IMG/VR virus record: IMGVR_UViG_3300020582_000004
Source: an uncultured virus (IMG/VR IMGVR_UViG_3300020582_000004)
Taxonomy: Duplodnaviria > Heunggongvirae > Uroviricota > Caudoviricetes
Strand: one strand, 5' to 3'
Length of the DNA stretch: 20,000 bases
The number at the start of each line of letters is the position of its first letter. Position 1 is the first letter of the stretch. The notes beneath the pieces were generated by a model. The model saw only the letters and a list, made by a program, of their open reading frames with translations, was not told where the DNA came from and did not search any database. This document shows, piece after piece, positions 6,959 to 14,636 of the stretch. Position numbers and translations under genes: made by a program.

Positions 6959-7531
6959 TCAGTCCGCCTCGACCTGGAACGTCGGATCGGCAGCTGTCTC
7001 GGCCGCCTCGTCGCCCACGCCCTGAACCTCGCTGATCGCGATGATACGATGCGGCGCCGCCGAAACCTTGAGAGGCTTGACGTCGTACATCTTGCGACCC
7101 TTGCCGATGTCACGCTGCGGAAGACGCGTGAACGAGACCTTGTGACCAGCCTTCGCCGGCCACATCCCGACGAAACCCTTCCACTCGGGCACCGCGACCA
7201 TGCAGCCCTTCGGAGCCTTGTGGAGTTTGTTATCGCCCTTGCTGCCTGGCATCCTGTCCGAGCCGCCGTTCTTGACGTGCTCGGTGGTCTCGAGGACCTC
7301 GAAGACGAGCGAATTCGACTGAAGCTTCTCCGAACGCGCCTTGTCGATGAAGTTCACGAGAATGCCCGTGAACGAAGCGGAGATGTCCTTGGGAGGAGAC
7401 CACCATCCGTCCACGCTTCCGCCGAATTGACCCTGCCAATCCTGCATGTCGTCATCCGCGCCGTTGGCGGGAGCCGAGGCACCCGTCGTTCCGGCCGGAG
7501 CTGCTTGCATCTTTTCATTCGCTTTTGCCAT
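6959..7531 (-). CDS. Probable single-stranded DNA-binding protein (OB-fold-like)
   Basis: Aromatic/beta-rich core, acidic C-terminal tail ending DPTFQVEAD, strongly biased codons, GGAG RBS, replication context. Confidence 0.55.
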   Translation of the reverse strand: MAKANEKMQAAPAGTTGASAPANGADDDMQDWQGQFGGSVDGWWSPPKDISASFTGILVNFIDKARSEKLQSNSLVFEVLETTEHVKNGGSDRMPGSKGDNKLHKAPKGCMVAVPEWKGFVGMWPAKAGHKVSFTRLPQRDIGKGRKMYDVKPLKVSAAPHRIIAISEVQGVGDEAAETAADPTFQVEAD

Positions 7532-7556
7532 TTGGAATCTCCATCAATCACTAGAA

Positions 7557-7583
7557 CACAACTCACAACTCACAACTCACAAC
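7557..7583. repeat. Heptamer tandem repeat (CACAACT) x~4 in the SSB-like leader
   Basis: cacaact at 7557, 7564, 7571 and cacaac at 7578. Confidence 0.9.
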
Positions 7584-7588
7584 ACCGA

Positions 7589-7610
7589 GATCGGGACCGA
7601 AGTCCCAATC
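7589..7610 (-). promoter_or_regulatory. cUUCGg tetraloop hairpin in the SSB-like leader
   Basis: Minus strand GAUUGGGAC-UUCG-GUCCCGAUC, 9-bp stem with one U-G pair. Confidence 0.7.
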
Positions 7611-8121
7611 ACGACTCTTTTGATTTCTCTAAATAATTCGCAGCCGCACGAAGCCAGTCTGGCCGATCAGCAAAACGGCCCAAACCATTATTGCACGAAG
7701 AGCACAACAAGCCTCGTAAAGCATTGGTAAACAAGCCTCGTAAAGCATTGGTAATATGATCATGATCAACTGCAAGCTCGCGCACCTTATCGCGGCACTT
7801 GCTAGTTTCCTTTCGAAAACAAATCGCACATACACCATGCTGAGCCTTCAGCATCTCCTCATATTCAGAGACAGAGATGTTGAATTTTCGACGCAATGCA
7901 GAACGCCGATCAGCCTGAAGCGCTTGAGCCCTATTGAGTGAACGCCACTTCTGTGAGTACTTTACTGAACGGCCGTCGGCCTTCGCTGCTGCTGCAATAG
8001 CAGCCATCTTTTCGGGATGACGACGTGAGTAATCACGACATCTCGCTCTGCATTTTTCACAAGTCTTCAGCTTGACGCCTAATGCCTTTTGCACTCGGCA
8101 CCTTCTACAGCCGCCAGCCAT
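7609..8121 (-). CDS. Endonuclease VII-family (His-Me finger) nuclease, probably a free-standing homing endonuclease
   Basis: QHGVCAIC...LAVDHDH...RGLLCSSCNNGLGRF; visibly more AT-rich than its neighbours. Confidence 0.9.
   Translation of the reverse strand: MAGGCRRCRVQKALGVKLKTCEKCRARCRDYSRRHPEKMAAIAAAAKADGRSVKYSQKWRSLNRAQALQADRRSALRRKFNISVSEYEEMLKAQHGVCAICFRKETSKCRDKVRELAVDHDHITNALRGLFTNALRGLLCSSCNNGLGRFADRPDWLRAAANYLEKSKES
7706..7754. repeat. Perfect 24-bp tandem duplication inside the nuclease active-site region
   Basis: aacaagcctcgtaaagcattggta at 7706-7729 and 7730-7753 (TNALRGLF/TNALRGLL). Confidence 0.95.
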
Positions 8122-8732
8122 TACTCAGCAGACGTCGTGGTTGCCTCGGTCGCGGCTGCCGTGACGCCGTTCGTGTGAGCGGCCTTCTTCGAAGCGTGAT
8201 GCCTCGACTTGCTGCGCGCCTTGCCACCCTTCGGAGCTGTCTTCTTTGCCGCTTTCTTCTTGGTCTTCTTCGCGCCGCCTTTGCCACTCGCGCTCTTCTT
8301 GCTGCCAGCGAAGTACATCGTCGCGCGCTTGTGACCGCGCTTGGTGATCAAATGCTTTTTGAGAGCCTCTGCAATCAAGCGCGGAAGCTCTTTTCGCTCA
8401 ATGCCGAGTTCCTCGCGAATGCCCTCAGCGTTGATGCCGTTCTTGCCACGGCCCCTAACTACACGAGCAAGAATCAAAGAGCCCGAAGCAATATCCTCTT
8501 CTGAACGACGAACGCGTTTGCCTCCACCGCTCGCCTTGCGACCCGGCTTGCGACCGGGCTTACGACCCGGCTTTTTTCCATTGCTAGCCTTTTCCGACAA
8601 AGCGATCAGCTCGCCAATCGAAAGACTGCCCAAAGACGCTAGCGCTTCCTGCCTGCCGTCCTCTTTGCCCTCTTCGTATGCGTGATCCGCAACTTCAACA
8701 GCCAGCGACCTGTACTCTTTCTCTTCAATCAT
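8121..8732 (-). CDS. Histone-like DNA-binding protein (KPGR repeats, winged helix, Lys/Ala-rich tail)
   Basis: KPGRKPGRKPGRK (12-bp repeats 8535-8570); RRSEEDI...AEGIREELGIERKELPR...KRGHKRATMY; KKTKKKAAKK tail. Confidence 0.8.
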   Translation of the reverse strand: MIEEKEYRSLAVEVADHAYEEGKEDGRQEALASLGSLSIGELIALSEKASNGKKPGRKPGRKPGRKASGGGKRVRRSEEDIASGSLILARVVRGRGKNGINAEGIREELGIERKELPRLIAEALKKHLITKRGHKRATMYFAGSKKSASGKGGAKKTKKKAAKKTAPKGGKARSKSRHHASKKAAHTNGVTAAATEATTTSAE

Positions 8733-8751
8733 GATCGTTCACCTTTGTTTG

Positions 8752-9582
8752 TCAGTCGTAATTCTTGATCAAAAGCTCGCGGACCCCAACGCGGGATGAC
8801 GCTTTCGCTCCGATCATGTGCTTCACGGTTACCGGGACAATCGTGAACTCCTTGTATAGCGCACGAATCGTACTGGAGTCACCCTGAGAGCACAAAAACT
8901 TTGCGCCACGCTTATGCACACTCGTGAGCGATTGCGCAAGTCGCTCGTGGTCTTTCTCACCGAATTTGCCTGCCGTGTAAGAGGTGAAGTTCGCGGACTC
9001 GGACCTCGGCAGGTAAGGAGGATCAGCGTAAACGAAGTCACTCTTCTTTACTTCCGCAAGTCGATACATAAAGTCTTCTGACCAAAGATCGACGCCTTTC
9101 AATGCCGCACGCCATGTGTTCATGACGTCGGGCTCCACGATCGTCGGATTCACGTACGAGCCTATGGGCACATTGAACTTTCCCTTTCCGTTCACGCGCC
9201 ACAAGCCATTGAAGCACGTCTTATTGAGATAACAAAAACGAATTGCACGAGCCAGCGACGTATCTGGCTCCTCATCTCTAATGCGATAATATTCTTTCTT
9301 CGAATGCTTGATCGCTTGAAGCCCTCGAATCAGCTCTGAAGTCTTGTTCTTTACAACCGAGTAAGCGTTCATCAACTCGGCATTCACATCATTGAGGACA
9401 GCCCACGACGTACCAAACTCGCGAACTCTAGCCTCACCCTCGGACTCATAGAGAGCCAAGAACACGGCTCCGCCACCTACGAATGGCTCGTGGTAGCAAC
9501 CCGTAAACGCGGGCACGTGCTGCATGATGGTGGGAACAAGCTTCGTCTTCCCACCTGCGGCTTTAAAACACGGCTTAGACAA
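8752..9582 (-). CDS. dam: Dam-family (D12 class) N6-adenine DNA methyltransferase
   Basis: AGGK, EPFVGGGAVF, LNDVN, YLNKTCFNGLWRVN..GKFNVPIG, FVYADPPY; TTG start after AAGGGG. Confidence 0.93.
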   Translation of the reverse strand: MSKPCFKAAGGKTKLVPTIMQHVPAFTGCYHEPFVGGGAVFLALYESEGEARVREFGTSWAVLNDVNAELMNAYSVVKNKTSELIRGLQAIKHSKKEYYRIRDEEPDTSLARAIRFCYLNKTCFNGLWRVNGKGKFNVPIGSYVNPTIVEPDVMNTWRAALKGVDLWSEDFMYRLAEVKKSDFVYADPPYLPRSESANFTSYTAGKFGEKDHERLAQSLTSVHKRGAKFLCSQGDSSTIRALYKEFTIVPVTVKHMIGAKASSRVGVRELLIKNYD

Positions 9583-9719
9583 CTACCCCTTCAAACTACC
9601 GAGCCTAGCGAGCCTCGGATCGTGGACGCGAGAGCGTCGCCACGCACCGTTCTTCTGCCAGCTCAGATGACCGCTCGTCAAACAAAATCGACGCGCTTCT
9701 AACAAAAACGACACACAGC

Positions 9720-9728
9720 TTATCCACA
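9720..9728 (+). promoter_or_regulatory. Perfect DnaA-box 9-mer in an intergenic region
   Basis: TTATCCACA; single copy, function unproven. Confidence 0.35.
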
Positions 9729-9810
9729 GCCGGCCTCACCGACGTGCATTCAACCACTTAGCTGACGCACTTAACGAAGTACTTCATCAACCACAAACGA
9801 ACCAACGAGC

Positions 9811-10293
9811 CTACCTCGGTCGCAGCTGATAGACGGGTTGACTGTTTCGCGAGTCACTCACGTGAAGCTCGTACTCATCTCCTTCAATCTCGATATCCGA
9901 AAGCTTGATGTGCGGATCAATGAAACCGTCTTCTTTGAGCACTCGCAAGATGTCAGCGTCCTTGGCCCCAGATGGAATTTCGATCGTGCCACTCGACGAA
10001 TAGACGTTGACCCCGAATCCGTCTTCTTCGTTGCCCCACACGTCGAGCGAATGTACATTATAGAGTTTGCCTCGAATCTTGATGGCGCGAGAAAGACGCG
10101 ATTCTTTGAGCAAGTGTTCGACTTCATCAGGTTCGCGCTCATGATCGATGACGACAGCGCCCTTATCTACAACCGTGAATTCTGCGCGCTTGCCTCTTTC
10201 AACAAGTACCGTTCCCCCACGTGCCTTGGCGTCATATCCCGCTTCCTGTAACGCGTCGACAATGACTTCGGCTGTCTCACTCGCACGACTCAT
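9811..10293 (-). CDS. Phage hypothetical protein with DVWGNEEDGF motif
   Basis: 160-aa ORF, AGGAG RBS, acidic C-terminal domain. Confidence 0.8.
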   Translation of the reverse strand: MSRASETAEVIVDALQEAGYDAKARGGTVLVERGKRAEFTVVDKGAVVIDHEREPDEVEHLLKESRLSRAIKIRGKLYNVHSLDVWGNEEDGFGVNVYSSSGTIEIPSGAKDADILRVLKEDGFIDPHIKLSDIEIEGDEYELHVSDSRNSQPVYQLRPR

Positions 10294-10606
10294 GACTCGC
10301 TCCTAATGAACTACGGTCCTTCGCTGAAAGCCGCACAAGAGGCCTATTGTGCGTGTCGCTGATCTTGACCCTCGGCCAAGGAAACACGAGCGAGCCCGGA
10401 ATCGTGCCGTAAGTCCACGACACGCGATCCCCACTACGCGGCGCGTGAAGTCCGAAGACGAGAAGCGCGTGTGCAAGCTCCATGCGATACGCGTTATCCG
10501 GTAAAAGTACGGAACCGCAGTCTTTCCAGTGATCGAGCATCGCGTCGTAGCGCTCGACGCGAAAGATGAAAAGCGGCCTGCGAAAAGCTAGCTGCTTACG
10601 AGTCAT
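10277..10606 (-). CDS. Hypothetical protein (109 aa)
   Basis: GAGGG RBS; short overlap with the downstream gene. Confidence 0.7.
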   Translation of the reverse strand: MTRKQLAFRRPLFIFRVERYDAMLDHWKDCGSVLLPDNAYRMELAHALLVFGLHAPRSGDRVSWTYGTIPGSLVFPWPRVKISDTHNRPLVRLSAKDRSSLGASHESCE

Positions 10607-10625
10607 GCGACACCCTCACCTCGAA

Positions 10626-10859
10626 TCACGGCTCGCCTCTCCCGCCGCGTCCACGATCCGTGAACGCGAGACCGAGGTTCACGATGCCGAAGATCACATT
10701 CAAGACGCCGACGAATACGAAAAAGCCACTGCGAATCGGGTGCGCATCAAATCGAAAGACTCCCCAGCCGATGAGCGCGACTCCTATAGCGAGAGCAACC
10801 AGCCCGTCTTTCACGTTCGAACGCGAAAGCGGAAGCTTGGGCGTCAAGTCGTCGCTCAC
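10626..10859 (-). CDS. Small two-TM membrane protein (77 aa, GTG start)
   Basis: Two hydrophobic segments; GTGA overlap at 10856-10859. Confidence 0.65.
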   Translation of the reverse strand: MSDDLTPKLPLSRSNVKDGLVALAIGVALIGWGVFRFDAHPIRSGFFVFVGVLNVIFGIVNLGLAFTDRGRGGRGEP

Positions 10860-11089
10860 AGAGACACCACTCGACGTTCGAATGCGTCGAGACATGCGTT
10901 GCACGTTGCCAGAGACGATCGCGACTCCCAAACGAATTCTATTTCAGGAGTGAATGAGCCGTCGAAAAGCTCGATGAACGTCGCGCCGCACCACATCGTC
11001 GTGGTCATCTCCGACGATGGGCTCTTGCTCTCATTGACGATGTGCCGCATTCCTGGCGCCGATCCTACCACGACATCAGAGCGGCCCAA
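10856..11089 (-). CDS. Small His/Cys metal-binding protein; start uncertain
   Basis: H...WCG...TCNAC pattern; the coupled ATG at 11119 is cut off by an in-frame TGA at 11096-11098. Confidence 0.55.
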   Translation of the reverse strand: MGRSDVVVGSAPGMRHIVNESKSPSSEMTTTMWCGATFIELFDGSFTPEIEFVWESRSSLATCNACLDAFERRVVSL

Positions 11090-11118
11090 AAATCCTCATC
11101 CCCTGGCTACGCCTCTCA

Positions 11119-11298
11119 TCATCGACCTCGTCGCTCCTCTTGATTGAGCTGCCTCACGGCTTCACGAGCCTCGCTGCGCGTGTCCCAGTAGCTCACGAGC
11201 CCGAGCCCCGTTTCGAACCTCTCGAGCACGCACCACTTCGAATCCAGCTTCCGAACCAAAAACGGCACCTTCCATTTTTGGGCACTACTCTTTGTCAT
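11119..11298 (-). CDS. Hypothetical protein (59 aa, MTKSSAQKW...)
   Basis: Internal ATG at 11298 avoids a long overlap; WDTRSEAREAVRQLN helix. Confidence 0.55.
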   Translation of the reverse strand: MTKSSAQKWKVPFLVRKLDSKWCVLERFETGLGLVSYWDTRSEAREAVRQLNQEERRGR

Positions 11299-11512
11299 CG
11301 CTATCTGTTCGCTTCTTTCTCGTATTCCGAGCATGCAGGCTCGGAATGCAGCTCGTATGAATCCCGGCTTGAGGTTCACGTTCTCCATTCGAGAGAGTCT
11401 CGGCAGCGACCGGTAAAATGGCCCAGTCCGTTCGGAACCCGCCGCACGAGACGCAGATCAAGTCCGTGCGTGACACGCGCTCGAGTGCGACTTTTACCAT
11501 CTTACGTTTCAT
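11285..11512 (-). CDS. Small zinc-finger protein (75 aa)
   Basis: CVSC...HTSC; GGGAG RBS. Confidence 0.6.
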   Translation of the reverse strand: MKRKMVKVALERVSRTDLICVSCGGFRTDWAILPVAAETLSNGEREPQAGIHTSCIPSLHARNTRKKRTDSDDKE

Positions 11513-11723
11513 GTTTCTCCCTTGGATGATCGAGTATCTCGAGCACGACGTTCTCGACGAAAGCAGGCGTCTTACTTCGCAACCACTCGAGCAAGCTCTC
11601 TCGAGTGAGGTACGAGATGTCGACTACATCCAGCCTTCCGTTCTCATCTACAGCGCACACACGAACTCCTGTTTTGTGCTTTAGGCGACGGCCTAATCGA
11701 TTAGGGTCGACGCGCAGAATCAC
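11502..11723 (-). CDS. Hypothetical phage protein (73 aa, GTG start)
   Basis: GTGA overlap; DIxxLxRESLLxWLRS pattern. Confidence 0.6.
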   Translation of the reverse strand: MILRVDPNRLGRRLKHKTGVRVCAVDENGRLDVVDISYLTRESLLEWLRSKTPAFVENVVLEILDHPREKHET

Positions 11724-11953
11724 CCCTGGAGACCCCAAGTCACGCGGAGCTGATCGCAGTAGTCTTTGGAATCTTTCAGGCCCAACCCAGTCAAAGTGCG
11801 GTGCAACTTGATGGCACTGATGATCCCGTTCTGCTTCATCTCACGCATAACAGTAAGCTCGATTGCGGCCGGACCCGAAGACGAACCATTCACGACCTCT
11901 TTGCACTGAGCCACAATCTCGGCCCACGTATCACCGCGAACAATCAGCTCCAT
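11720..11953 (-). CDS. Ribosomal protein bL12 (L7/L12) C-terminal-domain-like mini-protein
   Basis: ISAIKLHRTLTGLGLKDSKDYCD matches the bL12 CTD signature (KIxVIKxVRxxTGLGLKEAKDxV). Confidence 0.7.
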   Translation of the reverse strand: MELIVRGDTWAEIVAQCKEVVNGSSSGPAAIELTVMREMKQNGIISAIKLHRTLTGLGLKDSKDYCDQLRVTWGLQG

Positions 11954-12001
11954 GACATCAACCCTCGCTTATCACGATGACAAGCGTGTAAACAATGGCG
12001 T

Positions 12002-12109
12002 TCACGGCTGCACCGCTGCGCGAGCAAGATACGCTCCCGCCATCAAGAACACCAGACAAGGAAGAACGAACGACGCAATCAACTTCACTCCATAGATGAA
12101 CCGCTTCAT
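12002..12109 (-). CDS. 35-aa single-TM peptide coupled to ftsK (MKRFIYGVKLIASFVLPCLVFLMAGAYLARAAVQP)
   Basis: ATG overlaps the ftsK TGA (ATGA); hydrophobic core; below the ORF-track cut-off. Confidence 0.45.
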   Translation of the reverse strand: MKRFIYGVKLIASFVLPCLVFLMAGAYLARAAVQP

Positions 12110-14073
12110 GACCACACCTTCACGCGCGCATCCTTGCGCGCCACCTTCACGGGTTTCACACCATCATCTCCAACATCATTCGAACCATTCGAAAGAATGC
12201 TCTCGTCGTACGCAGGAACTCCCTGCGTGCACAAGTAACCAGTCACCGACTCAATCTCGCCCTCGGTGATCATCGGGCACTGCACGCGAACCGCGGCATC
12301 GGCACCATTGAGTTTCACGAGCGAATCACCGCGACCCGTGAGCTGCTCAGCGCCTTGCTCATCGAGCACCACGCGCGAGTCGACTTTCTGCGACACGCGG
12401 AATGCGATGCGCGTCGGGAAGTTTGCTTTGATCGTGCCCGTGATGACATCAACCGAAGGACGCTGCGTCGCAAGGATCAAGTGCATGCCTGCGGCACGCG
12501 CCTTCTGAGCAAGCCGAGCGACGAGCGCTTCAACGGCTTTTCCTTGCGACGCAATGAGGTCCGCGAACTCGTCCACGACGATCACGATGTAAGGCAGCTT
12601 CCCCGAAGAGGTCTTCGCACGAGCGTTGAACGTCGCGATGTTCTTTGCACCCGCTGACGCAAGGAGCTGGTAACGACGCTCCATCTCGCTCACGGCCCAC
12701 GTGAGTGCGTCGACGGCTTGCTTCATGTCAACAATCACTGGAGTAACCATATGAGGAATACGAGCATACGGCTGCAGTTCGACGACCTTCGGGTCGATCA
12801 TCATGAGCTTCAACTCGTCAGGCCTGCGGCAGTAAAGAAGTGAGGTGAGCATCACGTTGAGGCCCACGGACTTGCCCGCGCCCGTCGCACCTGCCGCGAT
12901 GACGTGCGGCATGTCCGCGAGATCCGCGAAGACGCCCTCGCCTCGCACATCACGACCGAGCACGACGGGAAGCGCCATCTTCGACGACGCGACTCGGAAG
13001 CCGTCGCTCTCGATCAGCTCTCGAAGCGCCACGCAAACGCGCTTCTCGTTTGCGACCTCGAAGCCCACGCGACCGAGGCGCGACGGAACAACACGCACCT
13101 TGCGACCGAACGCGAGCGACAAGTCGTCCGCGAGGCCCATGACCTTCGAGAGCTTCGTTCCTGGAGCAACGCGCGTCTCGAACGTCGTCACGATCGGGCC
13201 GGTTATGATTTCCTCGACCTTAGCGTCCACGTCGTACGCTCCGAGCGTCGAGGCCAAGAGCGCGCCTTCTTCCTGGAGTTGCTTCTCGCTCACGCTCGCA
13301 CCGGCCGACTCGCCGCGCACGAGGAGCTTCGACGACGGAAGCGCGAACGACCCCATCGACGCCGACGAGCCGCGCAAGGGCTTCACGAGCGACAGGTGAC
13401 GCGGACGCGGAGCCTTCTCCGTCACAGGCGCATCCGAGTCCGAGTCATCCGAGTCCGAGTCCGAATCAACCGAGTCCGAATCCAAATCATCCGAGTCCGC
13501 GTCATCCGAGTCCGAGTCCGAGCCCTCATCGCCCTCGTCCTCATCCGAGACCTCGTTCTCATCCTCGCCACGCACAACCGTCATCGCCTTCACGTGAGCG
13601 CGAACGGGAATCGCACGAGCGCGCAACGCACTCAAACCACGACGTGTGAAGCGCTCGGCAAGAACGAGGAGAGCGAGCGCCATGAGCACGACGAACGCGC
13701 CAGGAACCGACAGAGCTGCTACGGCGCTATCGCCAAGGAACGCGCCGACTACGCCACCGCTCTCAGACGACGCGAGGGCCGCGAGTGCCGATGCCACCAG
13801 CACGAGCACCACGTCGCCGCCCACGCGAAACATCGTCAAGCCTCGCCGTCCCCGTGCGTCTCCCGCGCTACGGAACACCGTCACGCCGGCAAAGACGAAC
13901 ACAACTACGACGACCCACGACGCGAGCCCGAAGAGACCCGAGACCGCCTCGGACAAGCCCTCACCCGCGGGACCAAAGAGCCCGCACACGAGGGAGAGCG
14001 AGACGAAGCTCGCCACCATCCAAAGTCCAACCGCGAGCGTTACGCGACCTGCTTCGACCTTTCCGCGATTCAT
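12106..14073 (-). CDS. ftsK: FtsK/SpoIIIE DNA translocase with N-terminal TM domain, lacking the gamma domain
   Basis: About 4 TM helices; DLADMPHVIAAGATGAGKS Walker A, IDPKVVEL, IVVDEFADL Walker B, LAQKARAAGMHLILATQRPSVDVITG, DSRVVLDEQGAEQLTGRGD. Confidence 0.95.
   Translation of the reverse strand: MNRGKVEAGRVTLAVGLWMVASFVSLSLVCGLFGPAGEGLSEAVSGLFGLASWVVVVVFVFAGVTVFRSAGDARGRRGLTMFRVGGDVVLVLVASALAALASSESGGVVGAFLGDSAVAALSVPGAFVVLMALALLVLAERFTRRGLSALRARAIPVRAHVKAMTVVRGEDENEVSDEDEGDEGSDSDSDDADSDDLDSDSVDSDSDSDDSDSDAPVTEKAPRPRHLSLVKPLRGSSASMGSFALPSSKLLVRGESAGASVSEKQLQEEGALLASTLGAYDVDAKVEEIITGPIVTTFETRVAPGTKLSKVMGLADDLSLAFGRKVRVVPSRLGRVGFEVANEKRVCVALRELIESDGFRVASSKMALPVVLGRDVRGEGVFADLADMPHVIAAGATGAGKSVGLNVMLTSLLYCRRPDELKLMMIDPKVVELQPYARIPHMVTPVIVDMKQAVDALTWAVSEMERRYQLLASAGAKNIATFNARAKTSSGKLPYIVIVVDEFADLIASQGKAVEALVARLAQKARAAGMHLILATQRPSVDVITGTIKANFPTRIAFRVSQKVDSRVVLDEQGAEQLTGRGDSLVKLNGADAAVRVQCPMITEGEIESVTGYLCTQGVPAYDESILSNGSNDVGDDGVKPVKVARKDARVKVWS
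13431..13522. repeat. (TCCGAG)n-type degenerate repeat encoding the Asp/Ser linker of FtsK
   Basis: Many tccgag/tcatccgag units; SDSDSDDADSDDLDSDSVDSDSDSDDSDSD. Confidence 0.85.
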
Positions 14074-14303
14074 GACTCCTCACGCTCCTGTGCTGCAATG
14101 TCGAGTTCATCAGCCTCACTTCGTTGAACACGACAGTAAGAGTCGCGCGCCAACCGAGACTCGATCTGTCGAATAAACTCGAACGCGTCCTGACGAAGGG
14201 CGAACAGGTATTCTTCCGTGCACTCGCCAGAAAGCGAGCCCATCGTCCCATGCATCACCAATTGCGCCCTCGCGTCGTCCCTCGTCTTGTGTTGATTGTC
14301 CAC
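14070..14303 (-). CDS. Hypothetical protein (77 aa, GTG start supplied by repeat copy 1)
   Basis: AAAGAGG RBS; ATGA overlap with ftsK. Confidence 0.7.
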   Translation of the reverse strand: MDNQHKTRDDARAQLVMHGTMGSLSGECTEEYLFALRQDAFEFIRQIESRLARDSYCRVQRSEADELDIAAQEREES

Positions 14304-14431
14304 GGCGATCCTCTTTCGTTGCGCCTTGCGGCGTCTGTCAACTTGTCTACTTAGCTTTATAGCAACCCTTGGGCCAACTGGAAACCCCTTGTTTCCGTGC
14401 TCTCGGACCCCGATGTGAACACCGGGTTACT
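14300..14431 (-). repeat. 132-bp direct repeat, copy 1 (promoter + leader + RBS + GTG)
   Basis: Matches 14914-15045 at about 122/132 positions by manual alignment, offset 614. Confidence 0.95.
14361..14377 (-). promoter_or_regulatory. Sigma54-type -24/-12 promoter
   Basis: TTGGCCC-AAGGG-TTGCT, exact GG-N10-GC spacing. Confidence 0.7.
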
Positions 14432-14636
14432 CCGTCTCCTCATCGGCATCCTCGAGCTGAAGACGTGCGTCACTAAGCGATGCCTCAACAGCCATGCCAA
14501 TCACAGTCTCCACCTCGCTACGGGTCGCAAGACGTAAGCACGACCCACGGCCATCGCGACTATAGGCAATCGCTGTAAGATCTTCATCACTCAGCACAAA
14601 CCGAATGACGAACACACGCCGCTTCGGCGCCTTCAC
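14427..14636 (-). CDS. Hypothetical protein (69 aa, GTG start)
   Basis: GTGA overlap at 14633-14636 with GAGGGG RBS; the stop lies in the repeat end. Confidence 0.6.
   Translation of the reverse strand: MKAPKRRVFVIRFVLSDEDLTAIAYSRDGRGSCLRLATRSEVETVIGMAVEASLSDARLQLEDADEETE

Noticed and set aside
11096..11098. TGA stop-codon reassignment
   Set aside because: TGA is the normal terminator of most genes here, in coupled overlaps.
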